DNA from: a virus
IMG/VR virus record: IMGVR_UViG_3300045988_031640
Length of the DNA stretch: 64,000 nucleotides
Strand: one strand, 5' to 3'
Position 1 is the first letter of the stretch, and each line of letters starts with the position of its first letter. Made by a program: the position numbers and the translations under genes. This document shows positions 40,801 through 55,968 of this stretch, one piece after another. The notes under the pieces are model-generated. The model made no database searches. It saw only the letters and a program-made list of their open reading frames with translations, and was not told the DNA's origin.

Positions 40801-43800
40801 ATTGAGCTGGTATGTATTTTGGAAGATACTACCCATTTTTATATTCAACAAGCTAAAGCGGACCTGGTTGTGATATAATCTAAAGTTCCTATAATGTTTT
40901 ATTTACAAGATAATCATTTATACTATCTGCAAATTCTTGTCTAGGATAAGTTAATCCAAGGTCTTCCTTAAATAAAGATTTTTTAAGATCATCCAAATAA
41001 TCTCGTATTAATTCAAACCCATCTAATTCTTCGCTTTCGCCAGCAAGACTTCTTATATCAGATAATTTTGCTTTTGTTGTAAGCTAAGCTGGATTTGATG
41101 AATTAATATCAACTTTAGAATCCTCTATTTTTTTCTACAAATTAAATAGTAATTCTAAAGCTTGATTGATATTTGTACCATACTAAAATCCATATCTACT
41201 AATATCGGCTGTTGGTACATCGTAGAAATATCTCATCTTACCACCATTACCAGAGAAATCCATTCTTCCATCTTTTACTTTTCCATGGAAGTTTTCCTAT
41301 AACTTATTAGGATTATTTATTAGATATTTTATATTATCTCTAGAGTAATACTGAATAAGTGAATTTATTTCACTAAGAATATAGTTGCTAAATATCTATA
41401 TAGTACTATTAGAAAATGCTGGTGTGACAGATGACCCAATATCATTAATATCAAAACCAGTTTGTTGTGATTCTAATAAATACGAATTAGCCTGTTCGTA
41501 TATATGACGTTTTGCTGGATCATTATCATCCATCTATTCAAACCATGCATATGCAGCTCTTCCAAGTTCAAAATCATCTAATTTACTAACAGGTGTTTCT
41601 ATAGCCTCATCGTTACTATTATAAGTCACAACACTACTTTTGTTATTTAAGAATTCCTATTTAGCAAAATTCATTAATACCTTCTTAGGAGTTCCAACAA
41701 TAAGTACGTCATGTTGTAGTTTTAAATTCTTAGATGCAAGAGAGTTCCATGTCTTCTTGTCAGCCATAGTTGGGAATATAAGCTAATCAGATTCTGTCAT
41801 AAATAATTTAGACAGATAATCTTCCATAGCAGTGATACCAAAATAATCACCGCCATTCTATCTATTTCCATCCTTTAAACCAACAAAAGTATTAATTCTA
41901 ATCTAAGTACTTGGGTCAAGCTTATCAACATTATCAGAAACGTCTAAAATTATAGAATGTTCAGCATATGGGTCTTTTCTTAACTCTTTTGCTTCATCAG
42001 ACTCTTTATCATTTAAGTTTCTAATTTTATCAGAGATATAGTTATTTTGACTAATTGGATAATACATTTCTCCATTTGGTCCTTTTGCAGAAAATTCAGA
42101 TGGACTAGGATGTGCAGCATTCCAAGCAGAAGCAAGTCTTGCTATTATAGACTATGAATTATAGTTATTAAAAACCTAATCAAGGTCTTTATCAAATTCA
42201 CTTCCAAACTCAGATTGTATAATTCCTTCACCTATAGAATTTGTAAGCTACTGTCCAATTATAAAACCAAATCCACCTTTTGATTTATCTGTGCTATTAA
42301 GAGCTTTTAATAATATTTCTGCATATTGATAATCGTTTACTATCTTTTTATCAGTACCTAATGCTACAAATATATCCAAGGATTGTTTATCTTGGTCTAT
42401 TCCCAACTTATTTAAGAACTTAATAACTTGTTCTTTAACAGAAGGTTTGCCATCAATTCCTACAGTAAGTGCCTTTCTAACATAGTCTTGACTATTTACA
42501 TATTTACCATTTTTCTTTAATGTTAACTTTGTTAAAGAAGATGTTAAATCTTTTAACTCTTTGTTTCTATTGTTTACGAAAGTAGAACTAACTACAGAAC
42601 CTTTTTCTTTATCTAGTTTGATTAAACCATTTGAAGCTAAGTTTTTAGACCAATTACGAGCTATGTTACGCTGTGCTGATATAAGTGAATCATCATTAAA
42701 TCTCCACTGTCTCATTACGTCAGCAACTAACTAAAATTGATACAAACTACTATCAATATCAGAACTATCCATTATATCTTCAAATTCATCATCCTGTCTT
42801 TCAATAGGATCAGAAATCTTAAGATACATAACAGTTGGTTTACTTGAATTTATAGTAGCATACAGCTAACTCCTTAACTCAGCATCAGTACTGTTCTCTG
42901 TAGATAAAGAATCTAATTTATCTTTTAACGCCTTATAGAATACATCTGACTCAGCTCTCTTCTAAACCATTCCATATATAGAATTGTATTTATAATCTCC
43001 AGCTTTATACAATATAGTTCCATCAGTATCTTTAAGATCTTCTTCATATTTATCATCAAGGGATGATGCTTGCCATAAATCTCCAAGTATTTTAGTCCAA
43101 GCTTCATTAAAATCCCAGAATAAATTTGAACCAAATCCATCTGTTTCTTTAATTACGGTCTGAGAGCCATCTTCGTTTTCTATAACTTTATATTTTGGTA
43201 TAGAATACATAAACATTTTAACTCTCATTGCCGCATTATCTTTTTTACTTATAGATAAATCAAACTTATCAAACTCAAAGTCTTTAGCATCTTCGCGTTT
43301 TTCAGATTCATCCTATTCTTCGCCGTGTTTTATTTTAACATTAATACCGAAGTCTGAGAATGTCTCAACAAGTTTTCTACGTAAAAATTCTGGATTATCT
43401 CTTATATCTGACAACATATCTGCATATTGATCTGACTCTGTTTCGTCAATCATATCGTCTATCTTTTCAAGTATAGCTTTAAATGTCATTTGACTTCCGT
43501 CGTCATATGCTCCAGATAGCCTCTTAACTTTATCAATAGAGTCTATATTAAAATCAGATATGATTTTTCTGATAACAGATTGTAATGTGTTAAACAGATC
43601 TGTATGGTTGTCTATGTAATTAAGTTTATCCAATTCTTCTTTTGTATAGCCAGATACAGAATAGTCTATAGACTTAACGCCATTCTTATATCTATTGGCA
43701 AATTCTTTAGCAGATTCAGAATCAAGATGTTCAGAATTCTTAAAATCACCATTCTTTATAGACTTAAACAAACTTCTATAGGCAGATTTTCTTCTTGATG

Positions 43801-46800
43801 CTACTACAAAATCAAGTACATTATTAAATAACCTCTTAACTATACCAGACAAAGATCTGTCCTGTTGATCTGTTATATATTTAACAAACTCATCTGCAAG
43901 AGCTTCTTCTATCTAAAGATTAGTAGTGCCCTTCTTTTGGAATTCTTTATGTTCTTTAGCATAAGAATCCCATATTTTCTATCTTGTATGTTTGTCATTT
44001 AATAACAAGTTAACATAGTGCCAAGCCTCATGATATGTAACACCTTCACCTCCATTATTAGACAACATAATCATACCAGTTAATTCACCAGCAATCTTAT
44101 CGAGAGAAACCTGCGTAACACCAAATATCTATTCATTATCTGTACTACGCATAACTCCATTACGGACGATTATATTGTATCTATTGATTCCAAGATGATC
44201 CTAAAGCCATGTTACAGCTTTATCCTTATCAAATTTACCTTTAGACTTATTCTTAGAATAAACGCCAGTTACAGGAGTAGACCAAGTCTTATTAACACCA
44301 CCAGTAGTAAACATTAATTTACCATTGCCGTTCTTGTATAGATCTAAATGAAGATAACCATTACCAATTCTTGCCTAATTTATTAATGTTAAAGCAGTGT
44401 TTGCAGTTATACCTTCTATATTATCTATCTTATAATCAGTGCCATATTGCTTATTATATTTATCTAAGAACTCCTAAACGGTATCTTTCATTTTACCAAT
44501 AAGAGCATTTATTTGACTCTGATTAAACTTACTGAAGTTTTTATTTACATAAGCATCTGTAATATATATACGATCTTGTAATCCCCCATTAGCAGCAGCT
44601 CTTCTGTAACCCTACTCTATCTTTTGTCTATATTGTTCACGCTCCTCTTCATTTTCTGGAGACTTGAATCCCATATTTCTACGCAAAGCAATTTGCTTTT
44701 CATTAGACGTAGGTTGTGAATTGTTAAACAAATCTGGATTTATTATACTAAAGCCAGTATCTATCTACTGTGTATGTGTAATAGGTTTATTATCTTCTTG
44801 TTTAGAAGGTTTTGTTTCTTTAGTTTTTACTTCCTAAGCTGGTTGTTTATTGCTTGTATTATCAATCTTCTGATTAGTAGAACCGTCTGTAGTTGGAGCT
44901 GTTTGATTACCACCATGTGCGCCAAATCCAAATACAAATGGATCTTTAAACACATTCTGCCCAACGTCTGTGCTAATCTTCTTATTCTTAATCATCCAAG
45001 CTAATATACTAACATTCTTCTTTGGCTCAATCTTTTTACCGTTGTTAGAAAGTTTAAAGAAGTCTCCAACCTTAAATGATAGTTGCTTATTGCCAAGTAT
45101 AGATATAGATTGATCTAACTATTCTTCTAATGATAATCCAGACCCATTATAATACTTACCAATAAGATGTTGTATGAAGCCGTTTATAACAGATGTATTA
45201 TTTCCAACTTCAATAGCTTTATTCATAAATGATCTATCTGTATTCCAGTGCATCTATGTAGCTATTGCATGAACAAGAGTTTTTCTTAAGTTGATACCAT
45301 CTTCAGTATCTGCAAATATCTCTTCTGGAGAGAATGACTATAATTGGTATCCATTAAGTATAGAACCTAATCCAATATGTAATTTTACGGGTTCATCATT
45401 ACTTAACTTACCAAAGAATAACTATTTGCTTGCTAAGAAGTTCATTGGGTCTTCACCAACTTTAGGTTGATTTCTAAGAAGAGTTTTATCTCCACTGTGA
45501 ATGAAGAACTCTATTATTTCTGCAATCTTATTCTAATCTGTAGTTCCAAAATCAAATCTTCTACATAACATGTAAAGTAAGATTTCTGCAGCTGACGGTA
45601 TAGTTCCATCATTCTTAGAGTTTACAATTTCGCCAGTCTACGGATCAAATGCTAGAGCTAATTCAACATCTTCTGGAGAACCTATATACTTAGTCTTTGT
45701 TTTACCATTTTTAGTAGCAACTTCCTACGTATCAAATTTCTCCTCATGTAGCATTATAGGAACTCTTGTATCACTATTTGATAAACCTTTTACAAGCCAA
45801 TATATCTTACCAGACAAACCTTTCCCATGATAAACAACGTCTTCATCCTTTTTAAGTAATCCCTATATTAAATACTGTTCTGAAGACCCAGCAAATATAC
45901 CCTTACCATATCCTAATAATATATTTCCATTATTTAAATCTCTCTATATATCATCTATAGAAGGATCTTTGATGTCTCCGATTACTCTAAATTCATCAGT
46001 ATTATTAATAACGCCATTGCTCTACTGAACTTGCATTGGAGTAACATCTGTTCTTACTTCTGAAGGGAACTTATAAACAAGCCGTTTAACCTACTTTCCG
46101 TCCTCTGTAACGGTCTAATATTCCTTATCAAGGTATCTATTAATAATATCATTTCTAAGGCTTTCTAGAGCCTGTATTTGGTCTTTAATGGCATCTTCTG
46201 TAAGCATCTTCTTACCAGGCATCTGATAATACTTTCTTGCAAGAATCTTAAACTGTGTATGGACATTTCTCCATGTAGATAAATCTTGCTTGTAAACTGT
46301 ATTATGCTCAGACTTGTGATAATTCTTCTTTAATGGCTTATTCTTCCACCAGTTTTCAAACAATTCTTCTGGTCTACCTTGGCTTATCCACCAAGATTTA
46401 GCGAGCTCCATCTCTTTCTTATTGATGGCATTTCTTGCAAGTTTTGCTCTATCACTAAATTTCTTAGGTAATAATTGTCCAGGTTCTAATACTTTGTTAA
46501 AATCAACACCTTGAGCTACAAGTCTATCTATGATATTCTTCTTCTGAGATACTCTATATTTTGAATCTGGATCACCATTTACATCACTAACCATCTCTCC
46601 AAGAGATCTTAATGACATAGCGTATGTATGCTCATCATCTTCAAGTATAAGACTCACTGTCATAGAGTCTACATCATCGAACAATGTATTATCTCTAGCC
46701 TACAAAGACTAAGTAACAATATAATATTTCTTAGCAGATTGTAACCATCCTGGAGTTGAGAGCTTCTATGATAAAATTCTACCAGATGCTAATGGTTTAT

Positions 46801-49800
46801 TAAGTTTTACCTATTCGCCATTTACAGTAAGCTTCATAAGTTGATCTTCTCCAGTCTCTTGATCTATATCTGGATTTGGCTGATAGAAGAATGTATTGCT
46901 AACAAAACTACCTATATTAGAATTTGTTGCGTTTAATCTATACTATGGAGTTTCTGAAACAGAACCATCTGGCAGATCTTCTTGATCAAAACCATCTACT
47001 TCAGCTCTACCAAGTATTATCAATTCATCCATTAGCTGTTTTGATTGCTTCTCAGATAAAACCTCACCTTTGTATTTAACACGTCCAGTTTTACCATAAT
47101 CGTCAACATCCAACATACTTGGATCTTCTATTTCTTGGAACTAATCTTGCTCTATTACTGAAGCCTCTTCATTAGCTTTCCTTTCTTCTATTGCTAACTA
47201 TGCTTCTATAGCAGCTGCGTCTTGCTATTCAAGTTGATCATCATAGTATTCATCCTAATCATCATCAAGATTTTCCTATATATCAAGATCACTCTAATCG
47301 TCTTTATCATCAATAGTTTCTTCTAATTCATCTAACTATTGATCTGTCATATCGCCATCATCAATATTATCCTCTTCTGCATCTTCTTGAGATTTAGATT
47401 CATTAGAATTATCACGTTCGTTTTTAGGCTGATTTAAAGAAGCTTGGTTTATATTTGGTGTATTTTCCTATTCGTTATTTTTTTCATTGTCATTATGTAA
47501 TGAATCTTCGTTATTCTATTCTTCGCCTTCTTCGCCATCATATTCCTAATCACCAAGAGAATCTTCTTCATCTTCAACGATACCATTAGATAAAGAATTT
47601 AAAATATCTTTCTTTTTCTTCTTTTTTCTATCTTCTTTTTTCTTGTCTCTATGAAGATATGTTCCAGCTAATTCCTCTTCTGCAGATGAAGCCTATTGCA
47701 TTGATTCTTTAAGACTATCTTCTTCTTTTTCAGAATCCTACTATTGACTTTCTTGAAGCTGTTTTTCAATCTCTTCCTCAACCTATTTCTAATGATTATC
47801 AATCTTATCATTAGCTTCGGTATCACCATCAGCGGCATCATTCATATCCTCTTGAGATATTGGAGCATCTTGCCACATTCTATTAGCAATTCTATATCTA
47901 TGTTCAGAATCTTCTAATTCTTTTAACACAAACTTCATAGCAGCTTCTTTAGACATTTTAAACATCTATCTACGAGCGTCTTTTTTATCTACATGCTCGT
48001 CGTCTACGCCAGTCTGACCATTAACAACTTGCTGTAACTGCTTATAACCTTTAACATCGTCAGATAAGAAATCTTCAGAAGAATTTTTACCATTGATTGC
48101 ATTATTTAAAGATATTAACTCTGGAGATAAATTCTTATTACCAATAGTAGTATAAGCCTACATCACGGCTCTCTAAGGATTTAATGCAGCTCTATTTACA
48201 AAATATCTATTTATAGCCTATTGAAAATCATCATCATTGTCTAATTCGTATGATTCAATATTATCTTCAAATAAGTCGTCATAAGAATGTTTCGTTTTAC
48301 TATCTTTCTTATTTCCAAGATAATCATTCTCTCTATCTACATGTTCCTTTTCTATATCATCGAGCTCATCTATAATACCTTTTATCTTTTCGGTATCAAT
48401 ATCTAAACCCATTTCTTTGCGAACTAATTCAAGGAACGCTTTACGATCTTTTGCAATATTCTTAATATTACGAATAGACTTAAGCTATCTATATAACGAT
48501 AATATAGCAATTCTATCTTTTACAAACTATTCTTTACTATAGTTTAAATCTAACCAGTTATCTCTTGCTGCATCAATAGCTTCTTTTCTAAGCTCTTCGT
48601 CTCCCCAAATTCTAGACATAGCCTAATTTAGAGACTCTCCAGCTCTTCTTACACTATCGACGTATTGTCTTACATATTTGTTATTTATAAATCCGTTAGA
48701 GTCCTTTACAGACTGATCAAAAGTACTTCTTCTTTCAACTTCATAAGCGTTGTTTATAGCAGCTTCTCTTATCTTCTTATCATTAAAAGCTCTTGTAAGT
48801 TCTTCATCTCTTGCAGCAGCTCCTAACTTTTCACTACCAGCATGTTCTCTTACATATTCAACTACACTTTTATTTTCTTTAAATTTAGTAAAATTACTAA
48901 GACTTGAAATAAAATTATTCTTGTTTAATTCAGATTCTTCTTTAGCTTTTGCTCTTGTACTATCAAATTCATTACTCAACTTTTTAATAGTAGCAGCTAA
49001 CTTTGGATTATTTTTCTCTATATCAGCTAATTGTTCTTCAGATAAAGCTCCGTTAAACATTTCACTTATAATCTAAGATCTATCTCTATTAAAAGCGTTT
49101 ACTTCTTTTTCGTTTTGAGCAACGCCCTATTCTGACATTTGATAGTCGGTTATTCTCTTAGCACCAGTAGTTATAATGTTTTTGTATTTATCGCTAAATG
49201 GTTCTACTCCAGATTCTTTTAATGCATCTCTAAGTTCTTTATTATTATACAACTTATATGTATTCTACATAAGCTATATATCAGCATTCATATTATCTTT
49301 TGTAACAAACTCATTCTCTTGCATATTGTCTCTAAGACGAGTCATTGAAGTAATAAGCTGTTTATCAGTTATACCATTTCTAAATGCATCATAGAACATA
49401 TTGAGATGTTTCTGATCATCATAATCTTTAAAGTGTTTACCAAGTAATAAAGATGTAGTTCTATCAGCTTTCATCTATTGAGCAAGTCCACGTATATTAG
49501 TATCATCGTAAGTACCAATTGCATTTTTAGCAGAATGCATTAAACCACTTTGCATTACAGATGAGATAAAGCCAATATTCATTGCTTTACGGATCTCTTC
49601 TGTATTTAGATTCTTATCAAATGGTTTTAATCCAAAATAAGCCAATAGAGACTCTCCAGCTAATCCGACGTTATTAAACACCTCATCAACATCAAACATG
49701 TTTTGAGCCCTATTGTAATTGTCATATACACCTCTACCATATCTATCTTGAAGAATCTACTGTTGACCTTCCTCAATACCTTCAGAAATTCCTTCAAATA

Positions 49801-51832
49801 AAAGTAAGTCGGCTTTATTTTTTAGATAATTACCTAAAGACTTTGTATATAGACCTTTTGCTGCATTACTTGCAAACTTTGCAGCACTTTCAACATCTTT
49901 CTATATAAATCTGTTTGCTAATTTATCTACAGCTGAATCAAAAATACCACTAAATGTAGGTAGTGTATATTCTACTTTTGCAAAATCGCCTAATACAGCT
50001 CCTGGTAATTTTGGAGAATTTCTTAAACTTTTAGATAGCAATCTTGCAGCGCCTCTACTAAATGAGTTATTTGCAGCTGCTTCAGCAAACTTACTCATAG
50101 CTTTACCTCCAAACGAATAGAATGGAAGTGTTTGTAAATAATCTTTTACAGCAAGAGCATTATTTGCATTCACAAGTTTATTTATACCACTACGTATATC
50201 AGTTTTTGTCTATTCAAAATCCTTATCGCCTGTAAACATATTATAAGCAACACCAATAGATATAAGCTCACGCTCATCCATATCTGTTGTATCTATGCCT
50301 TTTTGATGAGCTATATACTTAATCCTATCTGTTATTTCACCTATATTTGCTCTCTTTGCTATAAGTTCAGCATACGCTCTATCTGATAAAGCCTACACCT
50401 TTTCCATTCCTGTTTCTTGCTGCCTTGATTTAACAGTGGCATCAAAACTATTAGCAACAGATACGGCTGTAGTAGCAACACCTATATATGGAATCTTTTT
50501 AGCAGCTACGTTCATTAATCCATCTATAGACATGGCGTCTATTGTATGTTTCATCATAGCTATACTTGAAGCCATTTGGACTGCAGAATACTATGGATTT
50601 AATATCATATCAACAACACTATCGCCCATCTTATCCTTAGCGTCTAAGAAAGACTTAGGTATATCTTCTGGATCATAAAACTTGCTTGTATTATTCATCC
50701 AGTGATTCTTATTACTAAGAGCAGCATCTCTAGTGTTAGACCATTCACCTAAAGTTCCATCGTATAAATAATGAGCAAGAGGAACAGCTCCAAGTAATTG
50801 CATATTTGTTAAGTATCCAGTCCTTGCTGCATATCTATCTTGATTAAGTTCTACAGTCTTTTGGTTTATTATTTTATTATACAACTTATCATATTCATTT
50901 AATCTTGTTGCATTTATACCAGTAGCGTTTTTACGATACATAAGATCAATAAGATCTTGTGGGGCTGTATTTGACTTTAATACCTCTCTTGTTATTGAAT
51001 CATCATAATAATTATTATTTGTCAAACCTACAGCATTCATAGCTTTGCCTACATAGTGCGAACCAAGTTGTATTGTATTGGTTATATAATTAGGCAGGTT
51101 ACTTATAGTGTTGCCAAATTGTTTGAATATATTACCTTGACCGAGAGAGGGTATATTTTTTAATGTAAATTCATTATTAATTCTTGATTTATTTCCAAAA
51201 TCTAAATTACTCTTATCATACATTAAATCAGCAATAACATCATGCTATCTTCCATCTCCTTTAAAATAATCATCCAATCCCTGTATTTTTTTATTAAGAT
51301 CATCAACCTTAAGTTTAAGACCTTGATAATACTCGCTATCTCTACCACCTACAAATGATTCAGCATCGTGCATTTTACCAATAACCTAATCTCTTTCGCT
51401 TACAAGGTTTGAATAATCTCGTATAAGCTAAATATCATTTAAACCCTATGCAGCGTCATCTATGTCAGCCTTATCTGAATCAGCAGCAGATTTAAGCATA
51501 TCTTGTGTTAAAGCTCTAAATGTATTTGGGAAGTCTCCAAGATGAGATATAACGCCAAATGCTGGATTTAATATAGTTGCTGCTATCTTTGAAGCATTTG
51601 ACCAGCTTATATTAGAATTAACACTAGAATCTCCATCGTCCACATATGACTAATATGCAGCTGGAGCGTTATCTATAGAAGTTACATTACTCTTATATAT
51701 CCCATTGTTGTATGGAGATGAGTAAGCTCTCTATTGAGCCTACTCATTATAATCAAATCTTGATCTCCATTCAGCAGCAGATGGAGAAGTATAAGTTTTT
51801 GTCTACTTCTGTTTACCACTATTAAATTTCAT
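34841..51832 (-). CDS. Giant late polyprotein (5663 aa, TAG=Gln) with virion RNA polymerase catalytic motif and HExxH motif
   Basis: Start ATG at 51830-51832 (MKFNSGKQKQTKTYTSPSAAEWRSR), stop TAA at 34841; no in-frame TAA/TGA found by hand; GSDFDVDK at 38630-38644; HEAWH at 44018-44032. Confidence 0.85.
38630..38644 (-). other. RNA polymerase metal-binding motif DFDVD
   Basis: Plus-strand gtc aac gtc aaa gtc reads D-F-D-V-D; context TGQTGSDFDVDKLF matches the DxDxD motif of crAss-like RNAPs. Confidence 0.8.
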
Positions 51833-51841
51833 AATATATTA

Positions 51842-53920
51842 TCAATGTTGTGATGAATAATATTGTTGTTGTAACTCTCTACCAGATGCCTCTTTTGATC
51901 CGTAGACAGCCTTATCATATTCGGTATCTAATTGTCCAAAGAACTAACCGTTATTGTTATCCATTTGTCTTGAAACTGGTATTTCTACAAATATATCGTT
52001 ACTACCTTTTATATAGTTTGTAGATTGACCATTTCTATCCATAAACCTAACACCAAGTTTTTTAGCAAGATCCTCAATATTACCGCCATTCTATTCAGCG
52101 AACTATTTAAATGTATTAGCAGGTATTGATACATTTGCTACTATATCTAAAGACTAACCTTTACCCTTATTTGGAACCGCAATAGCTCCTAATCCGCTAT
52201 TACTTACAATCCAACCATTTATCTTGTTATTCTTTAAGAATCTCTAGAACTTCATACTAACACTACCATAGGTCATATTTTTACCAAGCGATACATTATG
52301 AGCTCTTACATTACCAAAATAAACCCCTCTATCAGCAAAGTTAATAACTGGATGTTTTTGTCCATATTTATTATTAGCAGCGTCTACAACATACTTTGAA
52401 TAAGTATTATTTGTTAAAGCGTTCAGTAATACTTTATTTCCATAAGAGTTTGTACTTGCTACACTATTGTAGTATGGTGAATATAATCTATTATAATCCT
52501 TAGGGTCTAATACTTTACCAGTGCTCTTACTTGTTATCTATGCTAGCTTATCAACATACATAGGTGTTACATTTCCATACTAATCTACAAGACCGTTCTT
52601 TATAGCACCCTAAAGACCTTCTTTATTTATTCTATCCCAGTATTTGTAATTCTTAACGTATGTATCATAGTTCTACTTCTAAAGATGATTCAACTTATCA
52701 TACCTTGCTTTCCAATTAGCCTATTCTTCTTTACTTAGCTTTCCATCTTTGTTTGCATCAGCCATTCCAAGTATACTATAAGCCTTCTTTAATGAATCTT
52801 GTGCAAATAAACTTGTATTCTTATGGTAAGCGTCCTAAGAAATATACTTCTGAGCTTTATTCTAATTAGAAGAATTTATCATCTACTATGTAAATGTAAG
52901 CGGTATCTACTGTTGTTCTTGAGTTTTAGCTACAGCATTACCATTTTTATCAACAGTCATGTTACTAAGCTTCCATTGTAGATATATATTATCTTTCTGA
53001 TTCTTAGCATTAATAGCAGCCATTTCTTTATCATGACCAAATCCTCTAGCTTGCATTGCAGCCTGCTGAGCGAACTGTTTATCCATTTTAGCATACTCAT
53101 TAACAGTCTTAACTGGATTAACCATCCACTCTTTATTAGCATCAGCTACATCTTTCTAAAGCTAAAGCTCAACTTGCTATTTTGTAGGATTATTAACACC
53201 ACTATCAATCAATCTCTGTTTAGCTAAATGCCTATAATAGTCTGATATTGGAGAACCAACCCATCCTGGAGTATTCCTATTAGCAACATTCTGTAAATCT
53301 CCATAAGTATAACCAGTATAATCATATGCTTTATTATATGGCATACCAAAACTTTCAACATCACTCTTAGTTAAAGAATGAGGAGTCCTGTTGTTAAACC
53401 AATCATTAGTAGCTTCTTTAAGTGTAGTAAATTGTGCAGGAGCTTGTCTTGTCCACATTCCATCTTTTAATGTATCCCAGTTATCTATAGATTTTCCACC
53501 ATTAATCCATCTTTCGTAATCGTCATTATACTTATTCTAAGACTCTAATACAGCTCTATTTTTTAAGTAATCCTAAGCCATCTTAGCTCCAGCTTTAAGC
53601 TTATTTATATCTCCAGTTGGAATATTGTTTATCCATCTATTTATGGCTGCTCTTCCTTCTGCTGATCTCAATGGATCTATTCCTTTGTTATATAAACCAT
53701 TTATAACATCTCTAGATCCATTTATAATATTTTTATTATACCAATCCATATCTTTTTGAATTGGACTATAAAAATCCCCGTAATCTTTCTGGAATTCCTT
53801 TACCTACTATTGACCTTTCTCATACATATCTCTTGCTGCATTTATAGACGCAAGCATTATCTAAGAATCATATAAGTCTTTAACAGGTAATTGAATCCAC
53901 TAATCTCTTGAATATACCAT
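51842..53920 (-). CDS. Late structural-module protein (692 aa, TAG=Gln)
   Basis: Start MVYSRDQWIQLPVKDLYDS, stop TGA at 51842; only cta interruptions. Confidence 0.8.
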
Positions 53921-53925
53921 AATTA

Positions 53926-55968
53926 TTAAAACATGTTATTCCACTTATGATAACTTATAGGTGGCATTTGTGTAAAGTTAGTAATATAATTTGCTGGAGT
54001 ATACGCATAGTTCTCAACATTTGTAGTTGGATAACCATAAGTTCTAACAGCTGTTCTTGTAGGCACTGTTGTATATACAGGAGTAGTAGCGTTTGATTCT
54101 TTATCATAGTATTTACGCATATTCTCTCTATCCATATTTACTTTCTGTTGATATAAACTCAACATTCCATTACCAGTCTTTCTCTTATACTCATTTGCAG
54201 CATATTGCTGTATATAATCCATAAAGTTTCTAAGACCCATCTACATGCCCTATTGTCTTGCAGCATGTGCCTGAGAAGCATATTCTGTATTATACTGATT
54301 AGCTTGTTGTCTACGCTGTGCTGTCTGGCTACCTAAATTAGAAGCCATCTCAGCCCATCTACTTCTATACTGATTATTTATCTCCTGTGCCTTCTGAATA
54401 GTATCAGCTATATTCTGTTGAGTAGAAACTCCAGCAGCAATATTTGCTAAATATTTCTAAGCTCCACTTAAACCACCAGCTCTGTTGATATTATATCTAT
54501 TCATGCTTTCCTGGTCGTAAATCTTCTGTATTGCTCTGTAAGGGTTTACTCTAAGCTTAGCAATCTCATTTAATGCTGCTTGTTCATATGGATTACCAGC
54601 ATAAATGTCTGGAGTATGAATAGACTAATTCTTAGCATTGAAATACTAACCAACGCTTGACAACATTCCAATTCCCATAGGAACTGCATTACTCATCCAG
54701 CTTGCTGGTTCTATGTAACCATAATTTGATCCGTTATAACCTCCTTTAAATCCAGGTAAATTTCCTTCTGTGTACATTTGTCCCTATTGTTGATGTTGCA
54801 TAGCCTGTTGGTCAGATAAATCTTTCAACTTATCAACTATTGGCTATTTAATTTTATTAACTTGTTCCTATTGAAATTTATCGCTATCCTAACCAAGTTT
54901 ACCTCTAAGTTTATTTAGCTTATCATTAGTGCGATTTTCGTACTTCTTATTTATCTTTTCTAAAGCCAACGTGTATGGCATTGATTGATCTTTGAACGAC
55001 ATTCCATTTCTCCAATCTATATCCTAACCAAGAACTATTGTGTTATTCTGTAAGTTAGCAAGATTTGTATCCTTTCCAGGAGTACCAGTCTTTACTACAT
55101 GTCCAGTTGTATTACTAACATCATTTATGTTGTCTATAATACTTTCACCAGCAGCTACTCTTGCATTAGGATTAGTATCTGTCTTTCCTAAAGATGTTAA
55201 TACGTTTCTACTTGAGATGTTTTCAGATCCTTTATAACCAGCATCCTTTCCACGCTTAGCATATAAGACATCATCTTGCGTAGTACCATTTTCATTGTAA
55301 TATTGGTTAGCAATATAATCAGACTGTGCTGCAGATTGGTTATATCCATTAATATTTATTCCTTTAATACGAGCTTCTTCAAGACGTCTTTGCATCTTTC
55401 TCTTTCTATGAGCGCCGCCAAACAAACCAGTTATAAAGCCTCCTACAGCACCGATAGCGCCACCAACCACAGATCCGATTGGTCCAACAATAGATCCTAC
55501 AGACGCTCCTAAAGAAGCTCCAGTAGCTGTAGTTTTTAATGTAGCAGCTTGACTTTCTTTTCTTACTTCAGTTAACTGTTTATCGTAGTCTACATCATTA
55601 ACTTTCTGGTAACCATATCCAATTCCATTTGAATACGAAGTTCCAGATTCATCTAATATATTACTTGCGCTCTTAACTCCAGCAAATGCATTACCTATAC
55701 TACTTCCGAACGCTATTCCAGATGAAAGTATATTACCAGCATTTCCTGCAAGCCTACCTCCAATTCCAGATCCTTGCATACTAATTGGAGCTCTATACTA
55801 CTCTAATCCAGTTGGTCTTTGTATACTTCCAGGAATACCTACTTGGTTTGCTAAATTAGAATTTTGCCAAAATGGAGTATAATCTCCTGGAGGCAAAGCC
55901 ATTCCATTTGTACCAGTAACAAACCCTGGAAGATATTTATAATTTATTCTTTTATTTCTTAACTCCAT
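53926..55968 (-). CDS. Late protein (680 aa, TAG=Gln) with glycine-rich hydrophobic segment
   Basis: Start MELRNKRINYKYLPGFVTGTNG; GASLGASVGSIVGPIGSVVGGAIGAVGGFITGLFGG; stop TAA at 53926. Confidence 0.8.

Noticed and set aside
29174-53458. Interpretation of the minus-strand region as decayed pseudogenes because of many stop codons
   Set aside because: Interruptions are only TAG, consecutive fragments keep frame for thousands of codons, gene junctions are tight, and all genes end in TAA/TGA. Decay would also introduce TAA, TGA and frameshifts.
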